Source of the DNA: Macrostomum hystrix | Lineage: Eukaryota > Animalia > Platyhelminthes | Length of the DNA: 64,000 nucleotides | Direction of reading: 5' to 3' | NCBI GenBank assembly: GCA_950097015.1 | Contig: CATNEN010000001.1 | Span: 25,606,001-25,670,000, forward strand | Shown: piece after piece, positions 25,152-38,749 of the stretch | Position numbering within the stretch: position 1 is the first letter of the stretch | How the letters are laid out: each line of letters opens with the position of its first letter | The notes under the pieces: model-generated | Database searches by the model: none | The model's input: the letters and a program-made list of their open reading frames with translations, nothing else | Told to the model about the DNA's origin: nothing | Made by a program: the position numbers and the translations under genes

Positions 25152-28100
25152 CCCTGGACCCCCGATCATGGATAAATGGTCTAGTGCAAATACATGCATG
25201 TAGCATGCATGAAGCATGTATGTTTTATCCATGTTCCATGCATGTTGCATGCATGTTACATGCATGGGTATCCATGTGTTAACCGTGTGTTTTCTAAAAA
25301 CATGCGTGACTTATCCATGCGTGCAAGCCGCACATGCATGTTTTGCCCATGAATATCCCAATTGCACTATATACATGCACTTTCTGTGGATGCAGTCAGA
25401 TGTAGGAAGCAAACCCAAAGCGAATTGCGGAATTCAAAAGAAATAAAAAAGCCCGTAATATAAACATCAGTCAAAGGAAGCAGCATCAGTTAATTAATGA
25501 CTAGGCTCACTTCCATGCTAAGAGGTTAAATAGCGAAGTTATACTGTTTATAAAATATACTTGGAGGTTGCAAATTACGCTCGTATTATCATGTGATAGT
25601 GATCAACACAGAATTTGTGCAACATAGTAGAAAGTGAGATATTAGATGAAAGAACCGCCAATCGTTTACAATTACATCATTAAAATGCGTAGAAAGTTGC
25701 AGAGTGCAATACAGAAAGCAACAAAGGAGCACATCAATATACAGTATGAGCATTCACAAGTATGACAGGAGTACGTACATTCGAAAGAAGGGAGCAGGGA
25801 TAATAAAACGGCACGCTTTTAGGGCAGGTTGCATGTGCAAGAAGGGAGCAGGGATAATAAAACGGCACGCTTTTAGGGCAGGTTGCATCTGCAAGAAGGG
25901 AGCAGGGATAATAAAATGGCACGCTTTTAGGGCAGGTTGCATCTGCAAGAAGGGAGCAGGGATAATAAAACGGCACGCTTTTAGGGCAGGTTGCATCTGC
26001 AAGAAGGGAGCAGGGATAATAAAACGGCACGCTTTTAGGGCAGGTTGCATCTGCAAGATGGGAGCAGGGATAATATAACGGCACGCTTTTAGGGCAGGTT
26101 GCATCTGCAAGAAGGGAGCAGGGATAATATAACGGCACGCTTTTAAAGCAGGTTGCATCTGCAAGAAGGGAGCAGGGATAATAAAACGGCACGCTTTTAG
26201 GGCAGGTTGCATCTGCAAGATGGGAGCAGGGATAATAAAACGGCACGCTTTTAGGGCAGGTTGCATCTACAAGAAGGGAGCAGGGATAATAAAACGGCAC
26301 GCTTTTAGGGCAGGTTGCATCTACAAGAAGGGAGCAGGGATAATAAAATGGCACGCTTTTAGGGCAGGTTGCATCTGCAAGAAGGGAGCAGGGATAATAA
26401 AACGGCACGCTTTTAGGGCAGGTTGCATCTGCAAGAAGGGAGCAGGGATAATAAAACGGCACGCTTTTAGGGCAGGTTGCATCTGCAAGAAGGGAGCAGG
26501 GATAATATTACGGCACGCTTTTAAAGCAGGTTGCATCTGCAAGAAGGGAGCAGGGATAATAAAACGGCACGCTTTTAGGGCAGGTTGCATCTGCAAGAAG
26601 GGAGCAGGGATAATATTACGGCACGCTTTTAAAGCAGGTTGCATCTGCAAGAAGGGAGCAGGGATAATAAAACGGCACGCTTTTAGGGCAGGTTGCATCT
26701 GCAAGAAGGGAGCAGGGATAATAAAATGGCACGCTTTTAGGGCAGGTTGCATCTGCAAGAAGGGAGCAGGGATAATAAAACGGCACGCTTTTAGGGCAGG
26801 TTGCATCTGCAAGAAGGGAGCAGGGATAATAAAATGGCACGCTTTTAGGGCAGGTTGCATCTGCAAGAAGGGAGCAGGGATAATAAAATGGCACGCTTTT
26901 AGGGCAAGTTGCATCTGCAAGAAGGGAGCAGGGATAATAAAACGGCACGCTTTTAGGGCAGGTTGCATCTGCAAGAAGGGAGCAGGGATAATAAAACGGC
27001 ACGCTTTTAGGGCAGGTTGCATCTGCAAGATGGGAGCAGGGATAATAAAACGGCACGCTTTTAGGGCAGGTTGCATCTACAAGAAGGGAGCAGGGATAAT
27101 AAAACGGCACGCTTTTAGGGCAGGTTGCATCTACAAGAAGGGAGCAGGGATAATAAAATGGCACGCTTTTAGGGCAGGTTGCATCTGCAAGAAGGGAGCA
27201 GGGATAATAAAACGGCACGCTTTTAGGGCAGGTTGCATCTGCAAGAAGGGAGCAGGGATAATATAACGGCACGCTTTTAAAGCAGGTTGCATCTGCAAGA
27301 AGGGAGCAGGGATAATAAAACGGCACGCTTTTAGGGCAGGTTGCATCTGCAAGAAGGGAGCAGGGATAATAAAACGGCACGCTTTTAGGGCAGGTTGCAT
27401 CTGCAAGATGGGAGCAGGGATAATAATACGGCACGCTTTTAGGGCAGGTTGCATCTACAAGAAGGGAGCAGGGATAATAAAACGGCACGCTTTTAGGGCA
27501 GGTTGCATCTGCAAGAAGGGAGCAGGGATAATAAAACGGCACGCTTTTAGGGCAGGTTGCATCTGCAAGAAGGGAGCAGGGATAATAAAACGGCACGCTT
27601 TTAGGGCAGGTTGCATCTACAAGAAGGGAGCAGGGATAATAAAACGGCACGCTTTTAGGGCAGGTTGCATCTACAAGAAGGGAGCAGGGATAATAAAACG
27701 GCACGCTTTTAGGGCAAGTTGCATCTGCAAGAAGGGAGCAGGGATAATAAAACGGCACGCTTTTAGGGCAGGTTGCATCTGCAAGAAGGGAGCAGGGATA
27801 ATAAAACGGCACGCTTTTAGGGCAGGTTGCATCTGCAAGAAGGGAGCAGGGATAATAAAACGGCACGCTTTTAGGGCAGGTTGCATCTACAAGAAGGGAG
27901 CAGGGATAATAAAACGGCACGCTTCTAGGGCAGGTTGCATCTGCAAGAAGGGAGCAGGGATAATAAAATGACACGCTTTTAGGGCAGGTTGCATCTACAA
28001 GAAGGGAGCAGGGATAATAAAACGGCACGCTTTTAGGGCAGGTTGCATCTGCAAGAAGGGAGCAGGGATAATAAAATGGCACGCTTTTAGGGCAAGTTGC

Positions 28101-28958
28101 ATCTGCAAGAAGGGAGCAGGGATAATAAAACGGCACGCTTTTAGGGCAGGTTGCATCTGCAAGAAGGGAGCAGGGATAATAAAACGGCACGCTTTTAGGG
28201 CAGGTTGCATCTACAAGAAGGGAGCAGGGATAATAAAACGGCACGCTTTTAGGGCAGGTTGCATCTACAAGAAGGGAGCAGGGATAATAAAATGGCACGC
28301 TTTTAGGGCAGGTTGCATCTGCAAGAAGGGAGCAGGGATAATAAAACGGCACGCTTTTAGGGCAGGTTGCATCAGCAAGAAGTACAGGGCGCCAAAAAAT
28401 GAAACTAGTCATGCATGTAGCGATAGACCGGTACACTGAAAAATAATGAGGGACCGCGCCATGGAATTAAAGTACAGGGCGCCAAAAAATCGGACAGCGG
28501 GACGTTAAATATAGCGCTAGGACGAGCAATGTTATAGATGTTGAAGGAAATGAATTGGTTGGCATTAATGATCGAGTCGACTGTCTCCATCATTGCAACG
28601 TCTCTCGCACAGAATGAAGTACCTTCATTGTTAAGTGTCTCGCGAATGACAGACGTAATGGGGTCAACAATACGCAAAGAAGCCATTTGACCTGTAATGC
28701 TGGATATAATACCGATCTGCTTACCGCGCAGGAAAACAATCGAGTTCTTTGTCCTGCGAGCGGCATCCTCGTCAGAAGAACAGTACATACCCTGGTAGAA
28801 CTGGATCCGATAGAAATCATCGTCAGTGCCATGAGTTGAACTCTTTCGCTAGGCGATGATGACAATACACGGAATAATCGTTTTATCAGCAGCGTCTTTG
28901 ATGCCATTTGACAAGCATAATTCCGTGTGCCCATTAACAACTTTTTGTAACGACCTAT
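25152..28958 (-). mobile_element. Second EnSpm-like element remnant, carrying a 54-bp minisatellite
   Basis: Copy-2-only block starting ccctggacc with dense catgcatg repeats. Minus-strand 28956-28405 encodes GRYKKLLMGTRNYACQ..., then in another frame ..TKNSIVFL..GIISSI..YRYMHD*, resembling a transposase C-terminus. Matching second terminus not found. Confidence 0.5.
25785..28380. repeat. Minisatellite, 54-bp unit aagaagggagcagggataataaaacggcacgcttttagggcaggttgcatctgc
   Basis: About 48 units, copy 2 only. Confidence 0.98.
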
Positions 28959-30169
28959 GGAAAATAAAAGGCGGTGACTCATCGAGTAACCTGATTTTAT
29001 AAGCTGGCCCCTGACTTACAATTCTATTGGGAAAACTGGCAGATAATGCCAGTGATCAGAAGAGTAAAATTACACTCCAAGGCCTTGGAGTGTAATTATA
29101 AGTATAGATACTTCAAATCTGTGTTAGGGAAAATAAATTTTCAGTGCACAATTTACTCAGATGTTACTTACTATTAATAATTTTACTTTGTTTGAAACAT
29201 TATTATATTTTTAATTCGCACTTAAAATATGTCATGCAGAATAGAACTGGGAACTGAAAACCCGGTCACGTTTCTCAGTCTAATCAGGTTGGGTGGATTC
29301 GAACTAAGATTTTGAAATCGTTACTGAATTTCCAGGGTTCGAAACAGTATAACTCTTTAGAGTAGTAGAACGATAAAATGCTAACTAGAAATAGTAATAA
29401 TTGAGTGAGCACTATCATGAAATTTTTAAAAACTATTAAGGAATAGATTGCAATCGTATATCACAGAAACGAATCCTATAGGGCCTAGAATGAACTTTTT
29501 TCTTTGAACTTCGGCGTGGCTGTAAGAAAGCCTAACTGAAGTTCAGGAATTGGCGCTGTTTAGGCTCAACTTCTTTTTCGGCGGCAGACTGAAAAGGGCA
29601 GGTCTACCGCTCAGTCGCTCAAAGACTTGCTAAACCCTAGGGATATAGTGCCTTTAATTGACAGCTACTCAATTTAATTATAGGCCCTTTTTGTAATTTG
29701 CTCAATGCTCAATAAATATGTTTTTTGTGTTTGTCACGATGTCCAATACACACCAAATATCACCTTATATTTGTCCTTAACTTCTTTAAAGTTACAATTT
29801 GAGAGTCTTGACATTCAAGTAAGAGTTTGATTGAGGAGTTGTAATAAGGGTCTGGAGCCAGGGGGCTTGGGGCACAGGGACAGGAAGATTATGATGCAGT
29901 AGAAAATTTCAATTTTCTGAAAAGTAGCTATTTTTTATTCTTTAAAAATTTGTAAAATTTAAATCTGGGATACAGTTTAATTTTTTAGATTAAAAATATT
30001 GAAAGTGATTGTAAAGCTATAGTCAGATATAAAGTCAGTTCAGTTAGATATTGAAATAAATAGGCCTATTTATTTAATCAGCTAGGCCTATATATATCTA
30101 ATTTCTGAATCTTATTAAATGTTAGTTAGTAAATTTCAGTAGTTACACACTTACACTTAGACTTAGAGT

Positions 30170-30834
30170 CATGGATGAATGAATAGAATGGATTGCTATT
30201 CTGGCTCTGGCTATTTTCGTTTTTGACTCTTTTGCATCCGGTTCCCCCCATGCCTTTTCATTGGTTGATGATTGCCATAGACAATTTTTGGCATTCGCCC
30301 CTTTCTTTCGATGCACAAATGCAAAGAACTGAGAATCTCGGTTACTTGCAGAGATTATCGAGCGCTCGTTATTCTCTGGTTACTTGTTTGTCAATTGAAG
30401 TTGTTAATTGAAGCAGAGGAATGATAACAAATCCCCTGCAAATTACAACAGTAGGGCCTAATGATTTCAGATTTTCATGTCAAGGGTGATGATGAGGGTG
30501 CGATGACAATGCTTCAATAATGGATTACTGGCGATGCTTTATCTGAATTTTACTATTGGAGTTATGAAATTGGTTTTAAAGTTCTATTTCAACACAAGTA
30601 ACTTCTATTTTGCCCAGAACTCTGAATAAAGGGGGAAGACCTACAAGCACGATTCGAGAGTCAATTCGTCTACAATAAAATCAGTTCTTTGCACTTGTGC
30701 ATCGAAAGAAAGGGGCAAAGGCCGAAAATTGTCTATGGCAATCATCAACCAATGAAAAGGCACGGGGGGGAACTGGATGCAAAAGAGTCAAAAACAAAAA
30801 TAGCCAGAGCAATCCATTCTATTCATTCATCATG
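30170..30834. mobile_element. P-element-like MITE with long (about 165 bp) TIRs
   Basis: 30170-~30332 is the inverted copy of ~30681-30834. Termini catg(g)atgaatgaatag; flanks cttagagt / cttagatt (8 bp, one mismatch). Absent from copy 1. Confidence 0.85.
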
Positions 30835-31697
30835 CTTAGATTACTACCTATCTATTTGCAGGGGGGCCTGGGGCACTTGTCACACAAGCAATGGAACGGC
30901 ACGCCCCCAGACTGGCGAACTAGGTGCTTAGTGCCCATTGCGCCACCTCCCCTGAGCAGGCACTACATACAGCAGCACAGACCAGCCAGGGAGGGCAGGA
31001 GGCACCCAGAAAAGGCAGCAATGCCTGCCACCCCAGCCCCTCACGCACAGAGCACACCAAGCTGGGGTGGAAGGCTGATAAGAAATCAGTCCTCAGGGGG
31101 GCCGGTTGATGAGTGTACACTTATCCAATTGCGCACTATATGCACCTACAAATAACCAAATTTAGTAAGTTAATATATTTATTAGTATTGCAATATATCT
31201 AGTTCTATATTCTAAATTGTGTGTAGTTTGTTTTTGTTGACCTAATCTGATAGACAAGAAAAATAAATAGCTAAGGTGTCAAATAATTGTAACAGTGCTT
31301 ATCACTTGTTCGATCACTTGGTATATCACTTGGCATAAGTGGACCCTCTTGAACTCCTTTATTGGAACCAGCCTTCACTGGGCATTTTCCATGGATCACT
31401 GGGTCATGGCCTCAAATAACCAACTCAACACTTTATCATGTTTCTGAATCTTTGCCACACAGGCATGTTGTTTTGTCACAACAAAAATTACAGTTGCTTA
31501 CGTACATAAAACTGTTTGTTAAAGTGAATGACTTTACAGAAAATGTATATTGCTTTACATATAAATAATATTTTGTGCATTTAAACAAAGAACATAGGTA
31601 CAAATGTGACTTTCAAAATGAGTGATTATTTCATGAGTAAAGTATGTGCATGCATATAGACTAAAGTACATGAAAAAGTATCCAATCCACTTTAGCT

Positions 31698-32263
31698 AGT
31701 TCTGACTAGTGCCCTGCAGTTCTGACTAGTGCCCTGCAGTTCTGACTAGTGCCCTGTAGTTCTGACTGGAGCCCTGCAGTTCTGACTAGAGCCCTGCAGT
31801 TCTGACTAGTGCCCTGCAGTTCTGACTAGAGCCCTGCAGTTCTGACTAGAGCCCTGCAGTTCTGACTAGAGCCCTGCAGTTCTGACTAGTGCCCTGCAGT
31901 TCTGACTAGAGCCCTGCAGTTCTGACTAGAGCCCTGCAGTTCTGACTGGAGCCCTGCAGTTCTGACTAGTGCCCTGCAGTTCTGACTGGAGCCCTGCAGT
32001 TCTGACTAGAGCCCTGCAGTTCTGACTAGAGCCCTGCAGTTCTGACTAGTGCCCTACAGTTCTGACTGGAGCCCTGCAGTTCTGACTAGTGCCCTGCAGT
32101 TCTGACTAGAGCCCTGCAGTTCTGACTAGAGCCCTGCAGTTCTGACTGGAGCCCTGCAGTTCTGACTAGTGCCCTGCAGTTCTGACTGGAGCCCTGCAGT
32201 TCTGACTAGAGCCCTGCAGTTCTGACTAGAGCCCTGCAGTTCTGACTAGAGCCCTGCAGCCCT
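31698..32263. repeat. Minisatellite, 20-bp unit gccctgcagttctgactaga
   Basis: About 28 units. Confidence 0.97.
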
Positions 32264-32945
32264 ACAATAATTAAAAAAATGTTGTTGTCACCCTTGGGCC
32301 AGGAAGAATTATGTTGGCGTCCTTCTGTCATGATTTATCCCACCACTTACAATTCCTGGCTGAACCCTAGCCCTTTAAAAATGGGAGTAATAATTTCTAC
32401 TAAGAGTAGGCATCTAACATCTCTACATTGAAGCATCATTAAAAGAAATTTATATGCTTATTTTCTATTATTCTAGTACTATAACAGTCGAAATAAAAAA
32501 TTAGTTTTTTTAATCTGTAAATATATTCAGCACAATTCATCACACATCCACATTTCTCACCTACCCTAGAACACTGTACATCAGTGAGCCAATCAGAACT
32601 CATCACACAACCACATTTCTCACCTACCCTAGAACACTGTACATCGTTGAGCCAATCAGAACTAATCACCCAACCACATTTCTCACCTACCCTAGAACAC
32701 TGTACATCAGTGAGCCAATCAGAGCGTGGCTTTGCTGATTGGTTGTCCATGGTCAAGACTAGGCCAGTTACCTAGATATAATTATGACAATACAGATGTA
32801 GTCAACATAACTAACTAGTTAACCAACTAATCATTATTTACCTTCTGGTATAGTTAATTGTAGACCATTTGGTATTGGTGTTGTATTTAATTTGGGAATA
32901 TGTGACCTAATGAGACACAATGGTCAAGCATTCTTGAGATTTAGA

Positions 32946-33762
32946 TTTAGACTGCATCATCTGCACATGCAATTTAGACTGCATCATCTGCACATGCAAT
33001 TTAGACTGCATCATCTGCACATGCAATTCAGACTGCATCATCTGCACATGCAATTCAGACTGCATCATCTGCACATGCAATTTAGACTGCATCATCTGCA
33101 CATGCAATTTAGACTGCATCATCTGCACATGCAATTCAGACTGCATCATCTGCACATGCAATTCAGACTGCATCATCTGCACATGCAATTTAGACTACAT
33201 CATCTGCACATGCAATTTAGACTTCATCATCTGCACATGCAATTTAGACTGCATCATCTGCACATGCAATTCAGACTGCATCATCTGCACATGCAATTTA
33301 GACTGCATCATCTGCACATGCAATTTAGACTGCATCATCTGCACATGAAATTCAGACTGCATCATCTGCACATGCAATTCAGACTGCATCATCTGCACAT
33401 GCAATTTAGACTGCATCATCTGCACATGCAATTTAGACTGCATCATCTGCACATGCAATTCAGACTGCATCATCTGCACATGCAATTCAGACTGCATCAT
33501 CTGCACATGCAATTCAGACTACATCATCTGCACATGCAATTCAGACTGCATCATCTGCACATGCAATTTAGACTGCATCATCTGCACATGCAATTTAGAC
33601 TGCATCATCTGCACATGCAATTCAGACTACATCATCTGCACATGCAATTCAGACTACATCATCTGCACATGCAATTCAGACTGCATCATCTGCACATGCA
33701 ATTCAGACTGCATCATCTGCACATGCAATTCAGACTACATCATCTGCACATGCAATTTAGAT
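32946..33762. repeat. Minisatellite, 27-bp unit (paralogue of 4730-9287)
   Basis: About 30 units, no indels seen. Confidence 0.97.
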
Positions 33763-35060
33763 ATTTACATATTTTTCATACATATACATTAACATATACA
33801 TTTAGATTTACAATTTACACATCACTCAACTGATATGTATTAGGTCTCTGAAATCATTCAACTTTTCTTTCTTAAATTCTTGTGATTGTGATGATGCTTC
33901 TGCTAATGCTGTTTCTTAACTTTTGCACATGGTAGACATGTCTAGGTGCCCATTGTCTAGATTGGTCATTGCTTAGAGTAATATGATTGCTTTTCTAGTC
34001 CTAAATTCTCTAAACATTTTTTGCTATTGCTTAAGTTTATTTGTGTTGATTGAGTTTTAACATCCTCAAGTTAATATTATCTGGCACATTATCTAATATA
34101 TGGCAAGTTCTTACAGGCCTAAAACATGTATAAGGATAGACTTGTCCTAACCTTGGCCATAGCAGGGGTGTAGTTATCAGGGAATACAGGGACATTGTGA
34201 CGAGTGTTTAGTTAGTTGTTGTGTAGCGGATTTGGGTTGGGATTTAAATATATTGCTTTTTAAGTTTGTTTGTTTGACTAGCTGTGACGTGGTAACGGGT
34301 GGGGACGGCGACGGCAACACTCAAAACATGCTTATTATTAGAACAACAGAAACTACTAATTGGGTGTTGAATAAATTTGGTGCAATAATACCCAAGTGTA
34401 CACTTAGGAAATAAGCCAATCAGAATATAGGGTCAAGGTCAGAGCCAAGTTCTACTTTCTAGTCACAGAATAAAATGATTATTGCGCAAAAAGTGAATGA
34501 AGAGTGAAGTGCGAAAACCAAAATAGTGTACCATACATAATATACCGGATTCTGTATTGTTATAATAAGAAAAGTAAGAAAGAAAGTATTTACAATAATT
34601 AAACAGCTGCGATAAACAAACACTGCCACAATATATTCTCCCATTTGTCTGCTTAAACAGTTGCCCATTATATAAGTTAAAGTTTACTGATTATTATCGC
34701 CGTATTTTCATGTTTCTTTGACAATATTTAGCCTGTTTTACAAATGTAGAGTATGAATTAATGTACTAATGTACTAAACTAGAGTATGTATGAGTTCGCT
34801 AATAATGCAGTTATCATTTATATTTAACTATTTCCCACAGCTGCAGCATGCGCTCCACTCTACTGCCCTGTGAGTAGCCACCAAGGAGCACGATTCGAGA
34901 GCACTCCAAGGAGAGAGCGGCAGACACTGGCCAGCCCGTTGCCATAGCAACAATTTCAGGCATAAAAGCTGTCTCCGAGCTGCAGCGGGCCAGAGGTTGA
35001 ATCGCTGTGTGCTCACCTTGAGCAGTGCTCAATCTAACTCCTCACTCTAATCCCAGTCCC

Positions 35061-36887
35061 ATGGCTGCTGGAGGCCCAAGCGATGACCAGGTGAGGGACT
35101 CAGAGCCAATCACAGTGCTCTTTCTATTGCTCAAATATTGACTGAACCTGCCCACTGACTGTTGCATTGCCGACTCTCAGCTGCAGAGACTCGCCCAGCT
35201 GACCATCCAGGGCGACTTTGGCCAGGTGCGCCAACTGGCGACGCGACAGCTGGTGGCAAGCACGGATGGCAGCGGAAGAACCATCTTGATGCTGGTGGCC
35301 GACGCTCCAGATACTCCCGTGAAGGCTGAGAAATGCGTATTGTACTTATTTGAGTTGGACGCGGATCCGGGAGCGCGTGATGGGGCGGGTGACACGGCAG
35401 CGCACGTGGCAGCCAGACGAAATCACCTGCGGCTGCTGGCGCTGCTGCCGTTCGATGCGAAGTGGCTGCAGAACGAGCGAGGCGCGACACCGCTGATGGA
35501 GGCAGCTCGGGCCGGCAGCTGGCGAACCGCGAAACACCTGCTGCATCTGCTGAGGCAGTGGAGGTATAATAAGTATAAGGAGCATGGCAACTCGAAGAGG
35601 GATCAGCTGCTCGGCCTGCAGGACAGCGAAGGTCGAACCGCGCTCGACCTGGCGAGGCAGGGCGGCCACTCAGAGCTGGCCAGCTACATTGAGCGGTGAG
35701 TGATCAGTTCGCTGCTGTGCCCGATTCGCAGCATTGCAGCTGGGGTGGCCTGAGCATTGGTCTCAGCCCAGCCAATCAGAGCCAGTCAGCTGAAGCCGCT
35801 GTTGTTTGCATGGCCCAATGGGATTTCATTTCGGTGCAGTCGCTTTTGCATTTCTAGTTTAGCAACTCGAGCTAACTAATAAATCGATTGGAGATCAGTC
35901 AAATGGGAACTTGTCAATCTGGGAAAGCACTAGAGATCCAGGGGAATTTTGTGCATGCAACTGAATTCCCCATTTGTTTATGTCTCCCACGGGCAGTTTC
36001 CCTTCCCCAATATTCTGATTGGCTGAGATTTCACTTCCCTTAACTTGGAGATTCGCAAATAGGCAACCAGCAAATCTCCAATGGCCAGTGCACAGATTTG
36101 TGTGTGCCACATTGGCAGCACTGAGAACTGGCATTTCTCATGCCGCAGTGCTTTCTCGACCCCAACACTTTGCTGATGCAGCGAATTTGAGGCTGAGTAA
36201 AAATGAGCTTGTCTGAAACTGCGGCTTGTTTGTGTGCGATGAGCATTTCGCATTTGATTTCTTCTGCTTTGCAGGGAGATGCGGCTGCGAGTGGGTGATG
36301 AATATGGCTGGATCTCCGGCCTGACAGACTCGGTGAGTGGCATCTGGGGTGCCGATGTGGGTGCAGATGAGCAGCTGTGCTCGAATTCTCCACTCGCCTT
36401 TGCAGGAGGAGGCAGAGCGAAAGGAACTGAAGAGGCTGGCCAGGGCGGGCGACTCGGCGGGGCTGCGGCGAGCGGCGACCCGCGGCAACTGCGACTTGCC
36501 GAACAGTGGGGGTCAGACAGCGTTAATGCATGCAGCTCGGAACATCCAGTGCTCTGACCGGGCTCTGTGGCAGCATCTGCTGCAGGTCGGGGACCCCACC
36601 TGTGCTGGTGTGGATGCTCACAGTTGCCTGCACAGGGCAGCCGGGGCTGGCAATTCTGCCGCAGTCTCCCAGCTGCTCCATGCCGGAGCCTCCGCCAACG
36701 CCAGGGATTGGGAGGAATCCACGCCCCTCATGTGGGCAGCCTGGGTGCCCCCCGTCACCGCCGCCGCAGTCGGTCGGGCTCTGCTGGCCGCAGGGTCGGA
36801 CTGGAGCCTGAAGTACGAAGATGGCATGACTGCGCTGGATTTGGCCACAGAGGAGGGAAATAGCGAACTGGCCGAGCTGCTGCGTGG
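35061..36887 (+). CDS. Ankyrin-repeat protein, copy 2
   Basis: Exons 35061-35090, 35181-35695, 36275-36332, 36406-36887 with the same phases as copy 1 and only in-frame indels (-6 nt, +3 nt); 8 ankyrin motifs. Confidence 0.88.
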
Positions 36888-37916
36888 GTGAGTTGCCATG
36901 GCGACAGAGAATGTCTCTCATCTTGCATTATCGCACTGAGTGGGTGCAGGTCGCAGTGTTTCACTGATCAGAGTCAAAGTGGGTTGCAATTTTTAGCCAA
37001 AATATTTTCTGTCCAATCAGAGTTTTGCCCGCCTCTGCCACTCAAGCAGTTTGCAGTGCCGTAAATAATAGCATTAATATTATCAGTGGGAATAAAGCTT
37101 TCCATTTGCTGCTTTTTATAGGTGAAAATGCGCACTGCGTACCGTGCGGGCCGCTCTCACAAAGCCCAATTTTCAGTGCGCAATTCAGAGTTTGTGCAGT
37201 CCGAAGCAACTTCTGCTTTCGACGCTGTGGAAATTGGGGCTTGTGAAACGGCTGAGCATCGCTTCTGGAGGGGTGGGTGTGCGGGCGCTCTCCCATTGGC
37301 TGGCGGCCTCCCCGCCCCGTCTCTCCCATTGGCTGGCGGCCTCCCCGCCACGTCTCTCTCATTGGCTGGGGGCCTCCGCCAGTCAGTTTTAGCGCCTCTG
37401 CGCCATTTCAGCAGAGCTGTTGCGCTGCTATTGCTGGAAAACTGACACAGCTGAGCTAAAATGCACAGTTTAGTTACAGTTTGCTGCTACTTGAACTGTT
37501 AATTGGCATTGGCATTAATTACAGCAGTGCCTTCAGCAAACACAAGCAAAGGACAGGACACACTCAGGACAAACACAAGTCCTGTCCTGAGGACAGAGAG
37601 ATCAGATCAGACGCAGACTAAAGTGCATTGAATGAAAAACAGTCTGGCTGACTGTGGCTCACTTGGCGCAAGTGACGGCCTACAGGGTGGCTGTTAAGAA
37701 GAGGCCACCCACAGAGTGGGGGTCGAGGGCCGCACAGGCAAATGAAAATGTGCGGAGAGGCCCCAGCGAAGGCAGGGACTGTGGAGTGGGGTGGGTGGCC
37801 CCGCCTCTCTGCCCCCTCGGCACCTCTCTGCCCCCTCGTCACCTCTCTGCCCCCTCGGCACCTCTCTGCCCCCTCGGCACCTCGTCACATCGCAGCCAGC
37901 GAGAGGCAATTCTGCC

Positions 37917-38357
37917 TAGGGGTCCCAAATCCCGGACATTTTACAATCCCGGGATCCCGGACAAAAAAATGACCCAATCCCGGGATCCCGGGCCAATCCC
38001 GGGATTGAACAAACAAATTTACCGGAAGCTTTCCATTGTCCTAAAAAACAAATTTCTCAACCAAATGAGCATCATTTGGGTTTCTACTTTCCAGCTTACA
38101 CTGCATTGATAAAAGAGTTAAAGATAGTTCATATCACTTATCCTTGGTCACTTATTTCTTGTTGTCACAATTGTCACATTCCTTCCTTCCATCGATGGAT
38201 TCGATGCAATATATTTCCATCCATATTTCCATTTCCAAGTACATAGAATTGACATTTGATTTGACACTATAGCAGTCAGCACGCAAGCTACTTTTTGTGG
38301 TCAGCAAAGTGGGCTCTCAGCAGGGCAAGCTTGGAGAGTGTCGTATCGTTTCATCTC
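37917..38357. mobile_element. hAT-like transposon end replacing intron sequence in copy 2
   Basis: Begins taggggtcccaaatcccgg followed by atcccggg(at) repeats. Copy 1 has unrelated sequence (13341-~13600) after the same caattctgcc junction. Confidence 0.6.
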
Positions 38358-38749
38358 AGGGGAGATAAGACAGGGGAGATGAGACAGGGGAGATGAGACA
38401 GGGGAGATGAGACAGGGGAGAGATGAGACGGGAGATGAGATAGGGGGAGATGAGACACATTATGCCCTCCCTGCTGCTGGGTGCAGTTGATGGTCAGCTG
38501 ACCTATTAGTCATGGCCATGCTGAGCCATGCACTTCCTTCAAGGTGCTATGAAATGCATTGTTCTCATTGCTAGCAGAATCTGATTGATACACATACAAC
38601 TCATGTCGCTTATTCAGCGGCAAGGCTGGTAGGAGCCGGAAGTGTCAAGTCAGTGTTGATATTATGTTATATTATGATTGAGTTTTTGAGTGCTATTATA
38701 CTAATTACTCGTTGACAATCGCCATTTCCACCAACCAATGCCCATGCAG

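Noticed and set aside
25704-28436. (KKGAGIIKRHAFRAGCIC)n and (PFYYPCSLLADATCPKSV)n ORFs
   Set aside because: 54-bp array open on both strands; unit variants introduce stop codons.
30843-31110. GC-rich copy-2-only segment, possible LINE/SINE 3' end
   Set aside because: No clear termini or coding remnant to support a call.
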